A stretch of 64,000 nucleotides of DNA, taken from assembly GCA_023334545.1 (NCBI GenBank), contig JAADVB010000088.1, positions 1 through 64,000 on the forward strand. The letters are read 5' to 3'. Below are positions 53,840 to 64,000 of the stretch, in pieces. The stretch comes from Salisapilia sapeloensis CBS 127946. Its lineage: Eukaryota > Protista > Oomycota. The position numbers and the translations under genes were made by a program. Under the pieces are notes generated by a model, which did not search any database, was not told the DNA's origin, and saw only the letters and a list, made by a program, of their open reading frames with translations. The first letter of the stretch is position 1, and the number at the start of each line of letters is the position of its first letter.

Positions 53840-55432
53840 GTTTTACGCTTTGCGCATAGAATCCTACTTTTAGCAAGATTTAAATAGATAGATTACTATC
53901 ATGGACACTTGCAGCATTTGAAGTCATGTACGTTTATAACAAACATGTATACATTCCTCTGCTTCTGCGTGGTTGGGATTTATTTGTCTGTTGACGCAGC
54001 TAAGCATATACTGTTATAACTTGTAAGCCGTACGCATGAGCACCGATGTAATGTAGTGTCTGCACAAACACCAGCCACTCCTGCGAATTGACGTGTCAAG
54101 TATCCTATGAATAGCGAATATAAGCTGTACAAGGATGTTGATATATTTGCGGTCTGAGGTGCTAGTGCAGTATTGCAATGAGCATTTGTACTTACACAAT
54201 TAAAAAAAATTATTTAATAAACTTAATAAATATTTATCGAATATGATGAACTACAGATAGGTGTATTCCTATACTACCAGTTTATCTTGCACAACCACCA
54301 TCAAATACTGATAAGAGCTCTTGTCTACAAGCCGCGAAGCTGTGTAAGTTTAGGAAGAGTTCATAGAATTAGGTGTCGCTGACGATTATGCACATCCAGG
54401 AATGGAAAAGAAAGTAACGAGTTTGATAGTTTCATGGACTTTAAAGACTCAACAACGAATTGAGTATCGTAGAGATCACGAAGCTGTATCATGTGAGGTC
54501 AAAACATGAAACTTTTCGATCCGGATGAGAATTGAACTCCATCAGAAGCATCCGCAAGTGAGAGTAGCAACTGTAGTTCATTTATTATGTATAGGATCCA
54601 TGATCGATGCTTACAAGAAATGTAGGGGATGATCGACTACTTATCAATGCGGATGTTAGCCAAGTTTTTACTCTTCAATTACAAGCGTCTGCTAAAAGTC
54701 AAGCAAAACGCAGAAGTAAGACTTTAAATATCTGTGAAATGAAATCTTTCTGCGTTGCAAGTGTTCAATGCATAAAATCGAGATAAACCATGTCCGAGGT
54801 GATGCATCTATCGTACATCAAACGGCGCTGGAGCTTGTACTCCGCAGTCAAGATCAGAGCTATTAATGTCTAAGCAGCTAATTCGCTTTGTTTACCTCGT
54901 TCTGTAAGCTTATTGATGTCTACCGCGTCTTCATGCAGAAGTACGCCCCATTCAATACTTCATGGAAACTTCAATATCAAATAACAAGTATCAGACACTT
55001 CAACACATCCGAAACTGTACAAAGCTGGGATGCAGCGGAAGCTAGCTTAATTCATCACGCAGTAGAATTAAATAACACCCATGGCTTGATTGAATGCTAG
55101 ATTTTGCAAAGATGACGTGTAAATCACTTCTCTGATCCAGCTGTACTCCTTCCTGGATAGTACCTCCATGCGCAAATCAGAAACTTGGAAAAAATTTCGC
55201 TTCTTCTTACAAGTGCCATGTGAATCTCTCTTGACCCAGAAATCCAGGTGAGGTGGTCTTTGCAAGTGCAAAGCACTTCACGAAGAAAATAAGAAACTAG
55301 ATTTTTATCTTAAGTTTCTGTGTCGAATTGCGAGCTCGCACCAATCTCCTGCATACAAAAATCCAGTCTAGAAAGTGTATCCGCAATGTCCGTCCGTTTC
55401 GATTCACTTTGCAATCTGCGCCATATGCAGCA

Positions 55433-56533
55433 ATGGAGCCAAAAGCTCCTCTACAAAAGCTTGCCTCGACACCATCCAACACGTTAAATCGCAGTATTAC
55501 CCCTCCTATCACTCTTTGGGAACCAACATCAAAAGAGCTGGAATGCCTGTCATTGCATGATTTTGACCTCTTGAAAGCAATCGGAAGAGGATCTTTCGGA
55601 ATCGTGAAGCTAGCCAAGCACAAAACTTCAGGAAACGTTGTCGCGATCAAATGCGTTTCCAAGAAACGAATTGCAGCATTGCGCCATAGCCACCATCTTA
55701 TACGTGAACAAAAGGTGCATAAATCTATCCACCATCCTTGCATCGCTCGACTTTATGCCACGTTTCAGGATCAAGCTCGCGTTTATTTATGTATAGAATA
55801 TCTACCTGGCGGAGAACTTTACAATCTTCTCACTTTACCATCCTCTTTCGTACAACGAAACGAATTTGGAGGGTTACAGATCCAGGCAGCCTGCTTCTAT
55901 TTCGCTTGCTTGGTCTCTTCCATACAGTATCTGCATAACGAAGGTATTTTGTATCGAGATATCAAGGCAGAGAACCTCGTCTTGGACAAGTCTGGATATG
56001 CAAAGTTACTAGACTTTGGATTCGCAAAATACAAGGAGCAACAGAATAAGACGTTGTGTGGTAGTCTCACGTACATGGCACCAGAAATATTAAGTCGATC
56101 TGGGCATGACGAAAGAGCAGATCTGTGGTCGTGTGGAATCTTGCTGTATGAAATGCTAATCGGGTCTGCTCCTTTTGACGATGCCAACAATCGTGAGTTG
56201 GGACGGAAAATTACATCAGAAGATGTTCCGTTTCCTCCTGCCTTTGCTTGTGTCTACCCAGAGGCTTTCGACCTGATTTCCAAGTTACTCGTGAAGGATC
56301 CATCGCATCGGATGCAAAGTATTTCGGACGTAAAGCAGCATCCACTTATGACTTTATACTTTCCAACAGAAAAGAGTTGGGAGATGCTGGAGCGTCGACA
56401 GATAACACCACCCTTCATACCGAAGGTGCCTAGTCATAATAACGTCAGCTTTGGTTGTAGTGACAGTGGAGACGACAGTGATGGAACGGAATCATGCGTA
56501 GATAACAACGACGATATATTTGAAGAATATTAA
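55433..56533 (+). CDS. AGC-family (PKA-like) Ser/Thr kinase
   Basis: GRGSFG, VAIK, YRDIKAEN, DFG, TLCGSLTYMAPE, DLWSCG, AGC tail PPFIP. Confidence 0.92.
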   Translation: MEPKAPLQKLASTPSNTLNRSITPPITLWEPTSKELECLSLHDFDLLKAIGRGSFGIVKLAKHKTSGNVVAIKCVSKKRIAALRHSHHLIREQKVHKSIHHPCIARLYATFQDQARVYLCIEYLPGGELYNLLTLPSSFVQRNEFGGLQIQAACFYFACLVSSIQYLHNEGILYRDIKAENLVLDKSGYAKLLDFGFAKYKEQQNKTLCGSLTYMAPEILSRSGHDERADLWSCGILLYEMLIGSAPFDDANNRELGRKITSEDVPFPPAFACVYPEAFDLISKLLVKDPSHRMQSISDVKQHPLMTLYFPTEKSWEMLERRQITPPFIPKVPSHNNVSFGCSDSGDDSDGTESCVDNNDDIFEEY

Positions 56534-56572
56534 ATGCGTAAATGGATAGAAATAAATACATCTAAGCTCAAG

Positions 56573-57889
56573 TTACATTTCTTCTTCGGGTGGGAAGAGA
56601 CTTATATCGACGTCACTCTCTAGCTTTGGCACAAACGGGGCTTTCACCTTTCGATTCGCAAGTTCTAACCATTTCCTCTCGTTAGGATAAAACTGTTGAA
56701 AGAACCGCGAGCGTTTGACGTCTTGCCAACCCTGCGGTCGATTGACCGACTGTTTCTGAAGTAGCCATGTCATCAACTCTACAGCTTCTGGGTGTTTCTG
56801 TGCGAAGCCTAGCGGAAATACCACGTCATCTTCGAGTATTCGACGGCTCATCTCCCGTCGATTGTCATGCTGAAAAGGGGTCACGCCACAGAATAATTCG
56901 TACAGAAGAATCCCAAAAGCCCATAGCTCAATGCACGCTCCATACTCTTTTCGTCGCAGCATCTCTGGCGCCATGTATTCTACACTACCGCATATCGTTA
57001 CACTCATTGCATCACTTGCACCTGGCTTAGCCAATCCAAAGTCGATGAGCTTTGGATAGCCACACGTGTCCAACAAGACATTTTCTAACTTTACATCACG
57101 ATACAAAATTCCGACAGAATGCACGTGTTCCAGTGCAAGTAACACGCATCCGGCATAAAACACTACGTGTGCCTCCTTTAGGCCACCAAAGTCACCCTGA
57201 AGGTCACGTCGAGCCTGTTCGTTGTCCAATTTATACAAAGAATTTCGGTGCGACGAGCAGTGGGAATGCGCTACATCCTGTCGCGTAGATACATTCTTAC
57301 TATTGGATGGCGACAAGGGCGTTGGCTCCGTTTTGATTTCGTCTATTTCCGACTCGGAATCTGTAGCTGTTGTTAAAGACCGGTCACTTTTCTCTTTTCG
57401 TGCCAGTGTACCAGTAGATGGAGGTTCTTCTTCTAATTCGTCGCGTTCGGTGTATACGAGACTGTATAGCTCGCCGCCTGAGCAGAACTCAATGACCATG
57501 TAGATTGCATCCGCGTCTTGAAAAGTTGTATAAAAGGTTACAATCAGAGGGTAGTCGAGAGATAGGTGGACCATTTGCTCTCGTAACAAGTTGGTTTCCT
57601 GCTTTAACTCTCGGATCCTCTGTTTATGCAACACTTTGATGGCGACGATAACACCAGTTCGTACGTGTCTTGCTAACTTGACGATGCCAAAAGAGCCTCG
57701 ACCAATGTCGGATAAAATCTGAAATTCACTGATAGAACTTGCATTGCTCACGAGAAACTGACGTGTACTAAAGGATGGTCTTGAACCTGACGAACTTCGA
57801 GCTCGAGATAGTCGACTTGACGTCGATGTTCGAGCTCGTAAATCCATCAGTTTATTCCATAGCGGAGTAATGGCTGACTTGAATCTCAT
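56573..57889 (-). CDS. AGC-family (PKA-like) Ser/Thr kinase with a ~75-aa kinase-domain insert
   Basis: GRGSFG, VAIK, YRDVKLEN, DFG, TICGSVEYMAPE, tail APFVP...F. Confidence 0.92.
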   Translation of the reverse strand: MRFKSAITPLWNKLMDLRARTSTSSRLSRARSSSGSRPSFSTRQFLVSNASSISEFQILSDIGRGSFGIVKLARHVRTGVIVAIKVLHKQRIRELKQETNLLREQMVHLSLDYPLIVTFYTTFQDADAIYMVIEFCSGGELYSLVYTERDELEEEPPSTGTLARKEKSDRSLTTATDSESEIDEIKTEPTPLSPSNSKNVSTRQDVAHSHCSSHRNSLYKLDNEQARRDLQGDFGGLKEAHVVFYAGCVLLALEHVHSVGILYRDVKLENVLLDTCGYPKLIDFGLAKPGASDAMSVTICGSVEYMAPEMLRRKEYGACIELWAFGILLYELFCGVTPFQHDNRREMSRRILEDDVVFPLGFAQKHPEAVELMTWLLQKQSVNRPQGWQDVKRSRFFQQFYPNERKWLELANRKVKAPFVPKLESDVDISLFPPEEEM

Positions 57890-58320
57890 CGTGGACAGCG
57901 TCAAGACACCCTATGCAGTTAAACGCTTATCCTAGGTCGTAAAGAGCAATCCAAGGCCTCTTGCGTTTTCCTTTGGTGGCCCGTAATGGGTTTGTCTTGA
58001 CCAAGTGCAACCAAGGGCGACTGTTGGGAACTGATCGTATAGCTAGGATACACTATTCCTGTCGCTATTTTCACTCGTATATCGCGATGCGACAGAGAGA
58101 CTTTCGCGAAGGCTCCAAGTCGTTTTTATCTCTGCCTCGTGGTGCTCGTTCTTTAGTCGCTGAATTGTGGCATGAACGACGATCGAACTGATTTCAGATG
58201 TGGGACAGTAGACAGTACATTTTCCAGTCGAGCGTCCAACTAGGTTCGATTTTGCAGCTCGGGATCGACCTACTGGAATATTGGACAGAGTGAGAGACAA
58301 TCACGCCGGTTGCTTCCGAG

Positions 58321-59757
58321 ATGCTGCGACGCGTTGCAGATGAACGAGTCTTCCACGGATCGGATGACATTGTCATATCTCATACGATCTTACCCAACGC
58401 CTCGAACGACACGACACGACCGATCTCCGCTGCGACGTACACTTCCAATCGTAGTGACGGGTCCCGACGACCTCACTCGAACGAAGCATTTCCGTCCCAT
58501 CGATATCACGAAACGTATGAAGGTGAAGAGGACGCCCCACATCTTGTAGTGGACTCCAAAGGACAAGAGATTAAGCTGCGTGAAGAATGTGAATCCGACT
58601 CGGACATTCCGCCAACTCATTTATTGCTCGAGTCACCTGCGCCGAAAGGTGTCCCAGCCGTCCAATCGTCCAAAGCAAGATCAGGCAGGTACATAGGCTC
58701 GAGTTCTGCGCACCAAAGGCAACAGAGTAAGGACTCGACAGGTTCTGGTCGAAAGTCTGCCAATAGAGCAAAGCAAAAGGATAGAAGCAGAAAAGCGCCA
58801 GAGCCAAAAGACTGTGAACAAGAAGAAGGACGGAAACGAAACTCAAAGAAGCAATCCAAGCGTCAAGTAAACCGTTCAGCTCCATTCGAAAGTAGTGAAT
58901 CAGATGCAGATGACTACATGCGCTATGCTATGGAGTCTTCCGACTCATCCGATGCAGCTCCAAAGTCACGACATTCTCACACGAGACAAAAAGAGACGAA
59001 ACCGACGTCAGACTCGGACTCGGACGAGTTCGAATATTCGCCCAAGTTGAAAAACTCTAGTCATAACCATGAAAATGGTAGCTTAGTCAGTAGCATCAAT
59101 TCTCGGCAGGATCAACACAGACGCATGAGTAGCATGACGCAGCTCCTTCAGTGCCAAACGGAAAATGAAAAGCTGCGGCAACAACTAGCCCAGACCAAGT
59201 CGCGATTGCGTCAACAGGAAGAAGCATCCAACACTCGCATCGACGAGTTGACTCGATCGCACCAAAAGCAACTTGAGCGTATGCAAGAAGAACACGATCG
59301 TCAACTGGGTCAGTCGAAAGGAAATACAAAAGACGCTGAACGGTTGCGTAGTCAGCTTCAGGCATTACGAGACCAAGTGCAAACATACCAACGTCGTATC
59401 CATAGGTGGGAAAAGCGTAGTCAATTAGCTATCGACTGCTCTGACGATTCCCATCGGTCAAAAGCATTGTGGGAAAGCATTTGGAAAGACCTTCCTTCCT
59501 TTCAAGAGCCTGCAGCTACAGATGAAGAAGGCGAACATACGATCCAGTATCTACACACTGCTCTAGTAGAACGAAACCAAAAGCTGGAAGAGATGAAAGC
59601 CAAGTGGGAGGCACTGCAACAGTCGAATATTTCAAAGGACGGTAGGGGAAAGAAAGATACATTTTATGCACCTCCAAAGGTGCAAGTGAAAGCCAAGGGC
59701 GAGCACAAGGGAAAGAAAACTGGCGTAAAGAAGCGTGTGCAACATCCTTGGGTTTAA
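58321..59757 (+). CDS. Hypothetical low-complexity / coiled-coil protein
   Basis: 478-aa ORF; S/K/D-rich disordered N-half, long heptad C-half. Confidence 0.65.
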   Translation: MLRRVADERVFHGSDDIVISHTILPNASNDTTRPISAATYTSNRSDGSRRPHSNEAFPSHRYHETYEGEEDAPHLVVDSKGQEIKLREECESDSDIPPTHLLLESPAPKGVPAVQSSKARSGRYIGSSSAHQRQQSKDSTGSGRKSANRAKQKDRSRKAPEPKDCEQEEGRKRNSKKQSKRQVNRSAPFESSESDADDYMRYAMESSDSSDAAPKSRHSHTRQKETKPTSDSDSDEFEYSPKLKNSSHNHENGSLVSSINSRQDQHRRMSSMTQLLQCQTENEKLRQQLAQTKSRLRQQEEASNTRIDELTRSHQKQLERMQEEHDRQLGQSKGNTKDAERLRSQLQALRDQVQTYQRRIHRWEKRSQLAIDCSDDSHRSKALWESIWKDLPSFQEPAATDEEGEHTIQYLHTALVERNQKLEEMKAKWEALQQSNISKDGRGKKDTFYAPPKVQVKAKGEHKGKKTGVKKRVQHPWV

Positions 59758-59803
59758 CTTCCATCGGAAGACAGTACATTTCACTTTTCTCCTACTTTCA
59801 TGT

Positions 59804-60851
59804 TTATGGCGTCGAAGTGCTCCAGCCATGAAAGCTCTGATACGGGTTGAAGGACGGTTTGTTCTGATGTAGCTCGTCAAACCATGGATGATCCATCGCT
59901 TCTCTTGCGGAGATACGTCCCGTCGGTTCATACACGAGCATCCTCTATGTTCTCATTAGCCTTTGATGGCGCCATACTTGCCATTACACATACCGACAAA
60001 AGATCGAGGCCGTCGGCATCCAGCATCGGGACGACGCTCTGGAGCGGTTGCTCCTTCCAATTGGGAAACACAGGCTGGTACGCAGGTAGACTTGAAACGC
60101 CTGGCCACGTGTATTCGTCTGGTGTCCCGAGCACTCTACATCACGCCATAAGAAGTCGTTTCCGTAGATATAAACAGAAAGCAGCCTACCGAAAGATACG
60201 AAAGAGTTCATCAATTTCAGAATCGCCTGGAAACAAGGGCTGGCGACTAGCGAGTTCTGCCAAGATACAGCCAGCGCTCCAAATGTCGACACCGGTAGAG
60301 TAGTGGTTGTTGCCTAGTAAAATCTCCGGTGGTCGGTACCACAGCGTCACGACTTCGTGCGTGTATCGTCTAACAGGCGGAGAGAGTAGTCGACTAAGTC
60401 CAAAATCTGCGATTTTTAGATTGCCCGATTGGTCCACGAGCAGGTTCTGTGGCTTGAGGTCTCGATGTATGATGCTCTCTTGATGGCAATGGGCCAAGCC
60501 AGCAAGCATTTGGTAGAAAAAGCGTTTAATTAAAATTCTCTCTTCCAACAATGGAGCTCGACGATGGTCATCCATGTAGTGTTTCAAGTCTTGTTGCATG
60601 CATTCAAATACTAGGTACAGTCGATTGGAGCCGCAGACGACGATATCATCTAGCAATACGATATTCGGGTGGTGGGATAAGTTCATGAGAAGCGAGATTT
60701 CACGCATTGTGGTTGGCGGCAGTCCTTCCACTTCACCTTCCAATCGGACCTTTTTCAATGCTCGGATTTGGTTCGTGCATTGGTCACGAGCCTTATAGAC
60801 AACTCCATACGTGCCTTCACCAAGCCGCTCAAGCCTTTGAAAACGGTCCAT
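59804..60851 (-). CDS. Cyclin-dependent kinase (CDK1/2 clade or CDKB-like), 3 exons
   Basis: [71 protein letters not shown]|VLGTP...|[12 protein letters not shown]...HPWF. Confidence 0.93.
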
Positions 60852-62557
60852 GCTTCTGCTTTCAATTGTAGAAAGCTGGCGTCGATTGCAATGGATGGGA
60901 TGGAATGTGAAGGATGGCACTGGCAGGTGCTTCAAGCCGGAGGACTTGAGGAGATGATAGAGTAATACGGGGGAACCGATACGAGTCACGAAGGTGATCT
61001 GCGACTGGCTTTGGCAGCAGCAAAAGTAGCAGTTACAAGTTAATGCGGATCCTTTCCCGAGAGATGTGCACTTAGTAAATGCGTGAATAGTTATATATTT
61101 CACAATGTTTATCATGAAAATGAATGTTGTGCATATATCGTTTGCATAAAAGTATGCGAATTTGGCGGGAAAGATGGATATGGTTCGAGCGATCTGTGCT
61201 GTCGTTGCCATGACTGCTCCACAAACCAGCTATGTTGGTCCTCAAGAAGCCTTCTCATGATTCCTTGTGAGTGGGTAAAAAATAAAAAGCGTGTAGGATA
61301 AGCAACAAAATGATCATTTTCCGTGGCTATAAGTAATAGAGCTTTACCAGAGGGGTATGGCGTGCTTGACGAGGATGAGAATAGTGCCTCAGTACAAAGT
61401 GCAGTCTGCTCGTTTCTAAAGGCTTTATTTGCTTAGCTAAAATGTCTCGTTGCGTTTGTCATGGAGCTAGCTATCGTTTTACTATGTTATATTGATGCAT
61501 TATTCTATCTGGCTGTCCAGTAACTTTAATATAGGAGGATGCCTGCATTTGTCTAGCTCATATCCACTCGGATAAGATGACCATTCTTCAGATACGAAGA
61601 TCAAGACTGTAGCCACAAAGATATGCTTTATTTTATACGTCTTAATTGGAGATAACTTTGCAACTAAAGGTCATGAATACCATCCTTTAAATGCGGCAAT
61701 AGACTGATTGTCGGTATTTCCATGGTCATATCTGCGCCATCGATGTGTGCACTTAAGCAGTAAGCTTTTGCAAATCAACTTGTTATCGTCGCCATAATGC
61801 ACAGTTTGTTGTTACATGTAGCGAGGGCAAAGTGACTAACTTCGCTTTGCTTCGCAAAAGTTGCCTGGATGTAAGATATGAAAGGCTGACAAAATAGAGC
61901 CATTGCGCTATCTTGCAATGTAGTCCAACAAATTTGTAGCTAGTTTGAACTGCTTCGTCTTGTTGAGGGATGTAATGCGTCAAGTGGTTTGTTTCCGTTG
62001 GTATCCAACGCGTCCGATTCTATCATGCCGCAGTCCCTTGATACATGTACAAACGAAAAAGTTGCTAAAAGATACTCGTTAAAGTTTGTTGAAATTTCAG
62101 AAAAGCAAGGAATCGATCAAGATTGGACCAAGTCGAGTGACGATTTCCAAGTTGCAAACTAAAAATTAGTTGCAATCAGCAATCGATTTATAATCTGTAA
62201 CAGCTTCATTTATTTGATACCGCGAATACAAGTATTTTGTCAGTACATTGCATGTGAATGCGTACGAGAGCTTAGACTTGCATCGTCGAGCCTATCGATG
62301 TGCTCGTCTATCGTCCGTGCTCAGCAGCTTCCACAGTACTCCTACACTATACAAAAAACACCTCAAGCGCCAGTCACGACTCGACAATCTCGAGACCGTG
62401 GTAGGTACGATCATGACTAGATTACGTGATCCCATATCGCCTGATTACGAGGTAAGCACGAAGGACCAATGAGGATCGAGCGATAGTGAATTATCCAACA
62501 CTTGACATCAATTTATCTACGTAGAATCGATGCTACGATCGACAGTTTCTACGCTTC

Positions 62558-62573
62558 GTTCATTCTCGATTTC
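62558..62573 (+). promoter_or_regulatory. Inr+FPR-like element upstream of the WrbA gene
   Basis: GTTCATTCTCGATTTC, 35 nt upstream of the ATG. Confidence 0.6.
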
Positions 62574-62608
62574 GCTTCTTTCAGCGCACATCTACGCCAG
62601 AGAAAAGT

Positions 62609-63433
62609 ATGGGTTGCAGCCAAAGCAAGAACGCCGACGTGGTCGGTCAGAACACCAGTAACCAGCCTGCTAATGAAAACAACAACAACAACCAGCATGC
62701 GAATGCTACCGCCAATAATAATGACAACGCTGCTACCACGGAGCAGACGACTCGTAAGGAAGAGCCTAAGCAAGAAGCTGCCGAACAATCGAGCGAAACC
62801 ACGGTACACAAGGAGGAATCTAGCTCGAAGAAGCCTACGATTGCGATTATCTACTACTCCATGTACGGACACGTCGCGACGCTTGCTGAGAGCATTAAGA
62901 AGGGTGTCGAAAAGGCCGGAGATGTCGATGTGAAAATCTACCAGATGGCCGAGACGTTGCCCGACGATGTCCTCGAGAAGATGGGTGCTCCTGCCAAGAA
63001 GGACTACCCCATTGCGTCGCCAGAGACGATCCGGGATGCCGACGGTGTTCTCTTTGGTATTCCCACTCGTTTCGGTTCTACACCGGCACAAATGCGTTCG
63101 CTGTTGGACGCATGCGGAGGTCTCTGGGGTGAAGGTGCCCTCGTCGGCAAGCCTGCCGGCATCTTCGTCAGCACTGGATCTCAGAGCGGTGGCCAAGAGT
63201 CCACGGCATGGACGACCGCTACGTTCCTTGCGCACAACGGTATGATCTTCGTTCCGCTAGGTTACCGTGACCCGAAAATCTTCAACATGGACGAAGTGCA
63301 CGGTGGTAGCGCCTATGGTGCTGGCACCTTTGCCGGTTCCGATGGGTCTCGCCAGCCGTCGCAGCTAGAGCTCGACCTGGCCGTGACGCAAGGAGAGAGC
63401 TTTACGGCCATTGTAAAGAAGTTGACCGCGTAA
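62609..63433 (+). CDS. NAD(P)H:quinone oxidoreductase type IV (WrbA/flavodoxin-like) with an acylation-type N-terminal extension
   Basis: IIYYSMYGHV, DGVLFGIPTRFG, STGSQSGGQE, GGSAYGAGT, DGSRQPS; N-terminus MGCSQSK. Confidence 0.93.
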   Translation: MGCSQSKNADVVGQNTSNQPANENNNNNQHANATANNNDNAATTEQTTRKEEPKQEAAEQSSETTVHKEESSSKKPTIAIIYYSMYGHVATLAESIKKGVEKAGDVDVKIYQMAETLPDDVLEKMGAPAKKDYPIASPETIRDADGVLFGIPTRFGSTPAQMRSLLDACGGLWGEGALVGKPAGIFVSTGSQSGGQESTAWTTATFLAHNGMIFVPLGYRDPKIFNMDEVHGGSAYGAGTFAGSDGSRQPSQLELDLAVTQGESFTAIVKKLTA

Positions 63434-63552
63434 GTCTATTTTGTTATTTTTACGACGACGAGCGCTACTTTTGTCAAAAACAGCAACACGATCTGCTACA
63501 TTTTTTCTTACTTCCTATCTTATGCTTTTCAAGATGAACCATCACTTCTTCA

Positions 63553-64000
63553 TTATCGAACCGTCGGATCGGATACAGGCTTTAATTTGTAGAGTGACAA
63601 AGGAGGTTGCACAAGTACTCGTTCATATGTCAAAATGTGTTCGATGCACTGGAAAAAGTCGGCAAGCGATGCATCATCGCCACGAGATTCATAGGCGAGA
63701 TACGTGACGGTGTCGGCATGGCTAAGTCGACGGATACTTTGCGCCAACTGTCGCCACGAGTCTGAACCGTAGATTGGGTTGATGCAATCCGAGACGAGGA
63801 TGCAGTCCACCTGTTCGAATGGCAGGGACATGGTCGTGCCCCACCGAAATTCCGCAATTTGGACTCGACGCCGTTCGGACGCGCCGAGGTTGCTATCGGC
63901 GTTCTGCTGGAGCAACTCGAGGACTTGAGATTGGTCGGTAAGGACTACATTTGCACCCAGAGTCGCTGTTACAAGGCCAGAGAGTCCGCATCCACTCCCT
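63553..64000 (-). CDS. METTL21-like protein lysine methyltransferase (5'-truncated by the window edge)
   Basis: GSGCGLSGL (motif I), VVLTDQ, FRWG, ILVSDCI, YESRG. Confidence 0.85.
   Translation of the reverse strand, partial: GSGCGLSGLVTATLGANVVLTDQSQVLELLQQNADSNLGASERRRVQIAEFRWGTTMSLPFEQVDCILVSDCINPIYGSDSWRQLAQSIRRLSHADTVTYLAYESRGDDASLADFFQCIEHILTYERVLVQPPLSLYKLKPVSDPTVR

Noticed and set aside
54384-54509. Short frame DYAHPGMEKK... reminiscent of a retroelement integrase HHCC region
   Set aside because: Only a three-residue resemblance, with no CxxC, RT or RNase H traces nearby.
60852-61211. 120-codon in-frame extension upstream of the CDK Met
   Set aside because: The composition looks non-coding, the canonical CDK start MDRF is present, and Inr-like CATT motifs lie ~50 nt upstream of it, so the extension is probably not transcribed.

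Overview
Eukaryotic nuclear DNA, very probably an oomycete (stramenopile). Support: short GT-AG introns (about 45-160 nt), several matches to the oomycete Inr+FPR core promoter (GCTCATTYBNNNWTTY), and oomycete-typical families (folate-biopterin transporter, START-FYVE protein, LRR receptor kinase, bacillopeptidase-like S8 subtilases). About 39 protein-coding genes are packed densely. In the first 28 kb they largely alternate in strand, and stop codons of convergent pairs lie 17-92 nt apart. Housekeeping genes: MePCE/Bin3, SmD3, folate/FAD carrier, NIP7, RPS16, TopoVIB-like, DPM2, TOM22, NBAS/Sec39, EMC8/9, JMJD6, lipoate-ligase-like, CTP-dependent lipid kinase, delta-9 desaturase, Ub-RPS27A, a CDK, WrbA and METTL21-like. 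There are five intronless secreted subtilases, four of them in a tandem array with long non-coding spacers, plus four further kinases. No rRNA, tRNA, CRISPR or intact transposon was found. Best leads: (1) a three-exon gene fusing a galectin-like domain to an RGG box and an RRM, with no signal peptide; (2) a ~150-nt imperfect hairpin filling a probable 5'-leader intron of Ub-RPS27A, with a second structured intron in RPS16; (3) a catalytically dead BED-finger/hAT-derived gene; (4) an MTOPVIB-sized TopoVIB that keeps its ATP-binding motifs; (5) a CDK with a plant CDKB-like PPTTMRE motif; (6) an intron-containing DUF4833 gene. All product calls are from motif recognition by eye; no searches were run.
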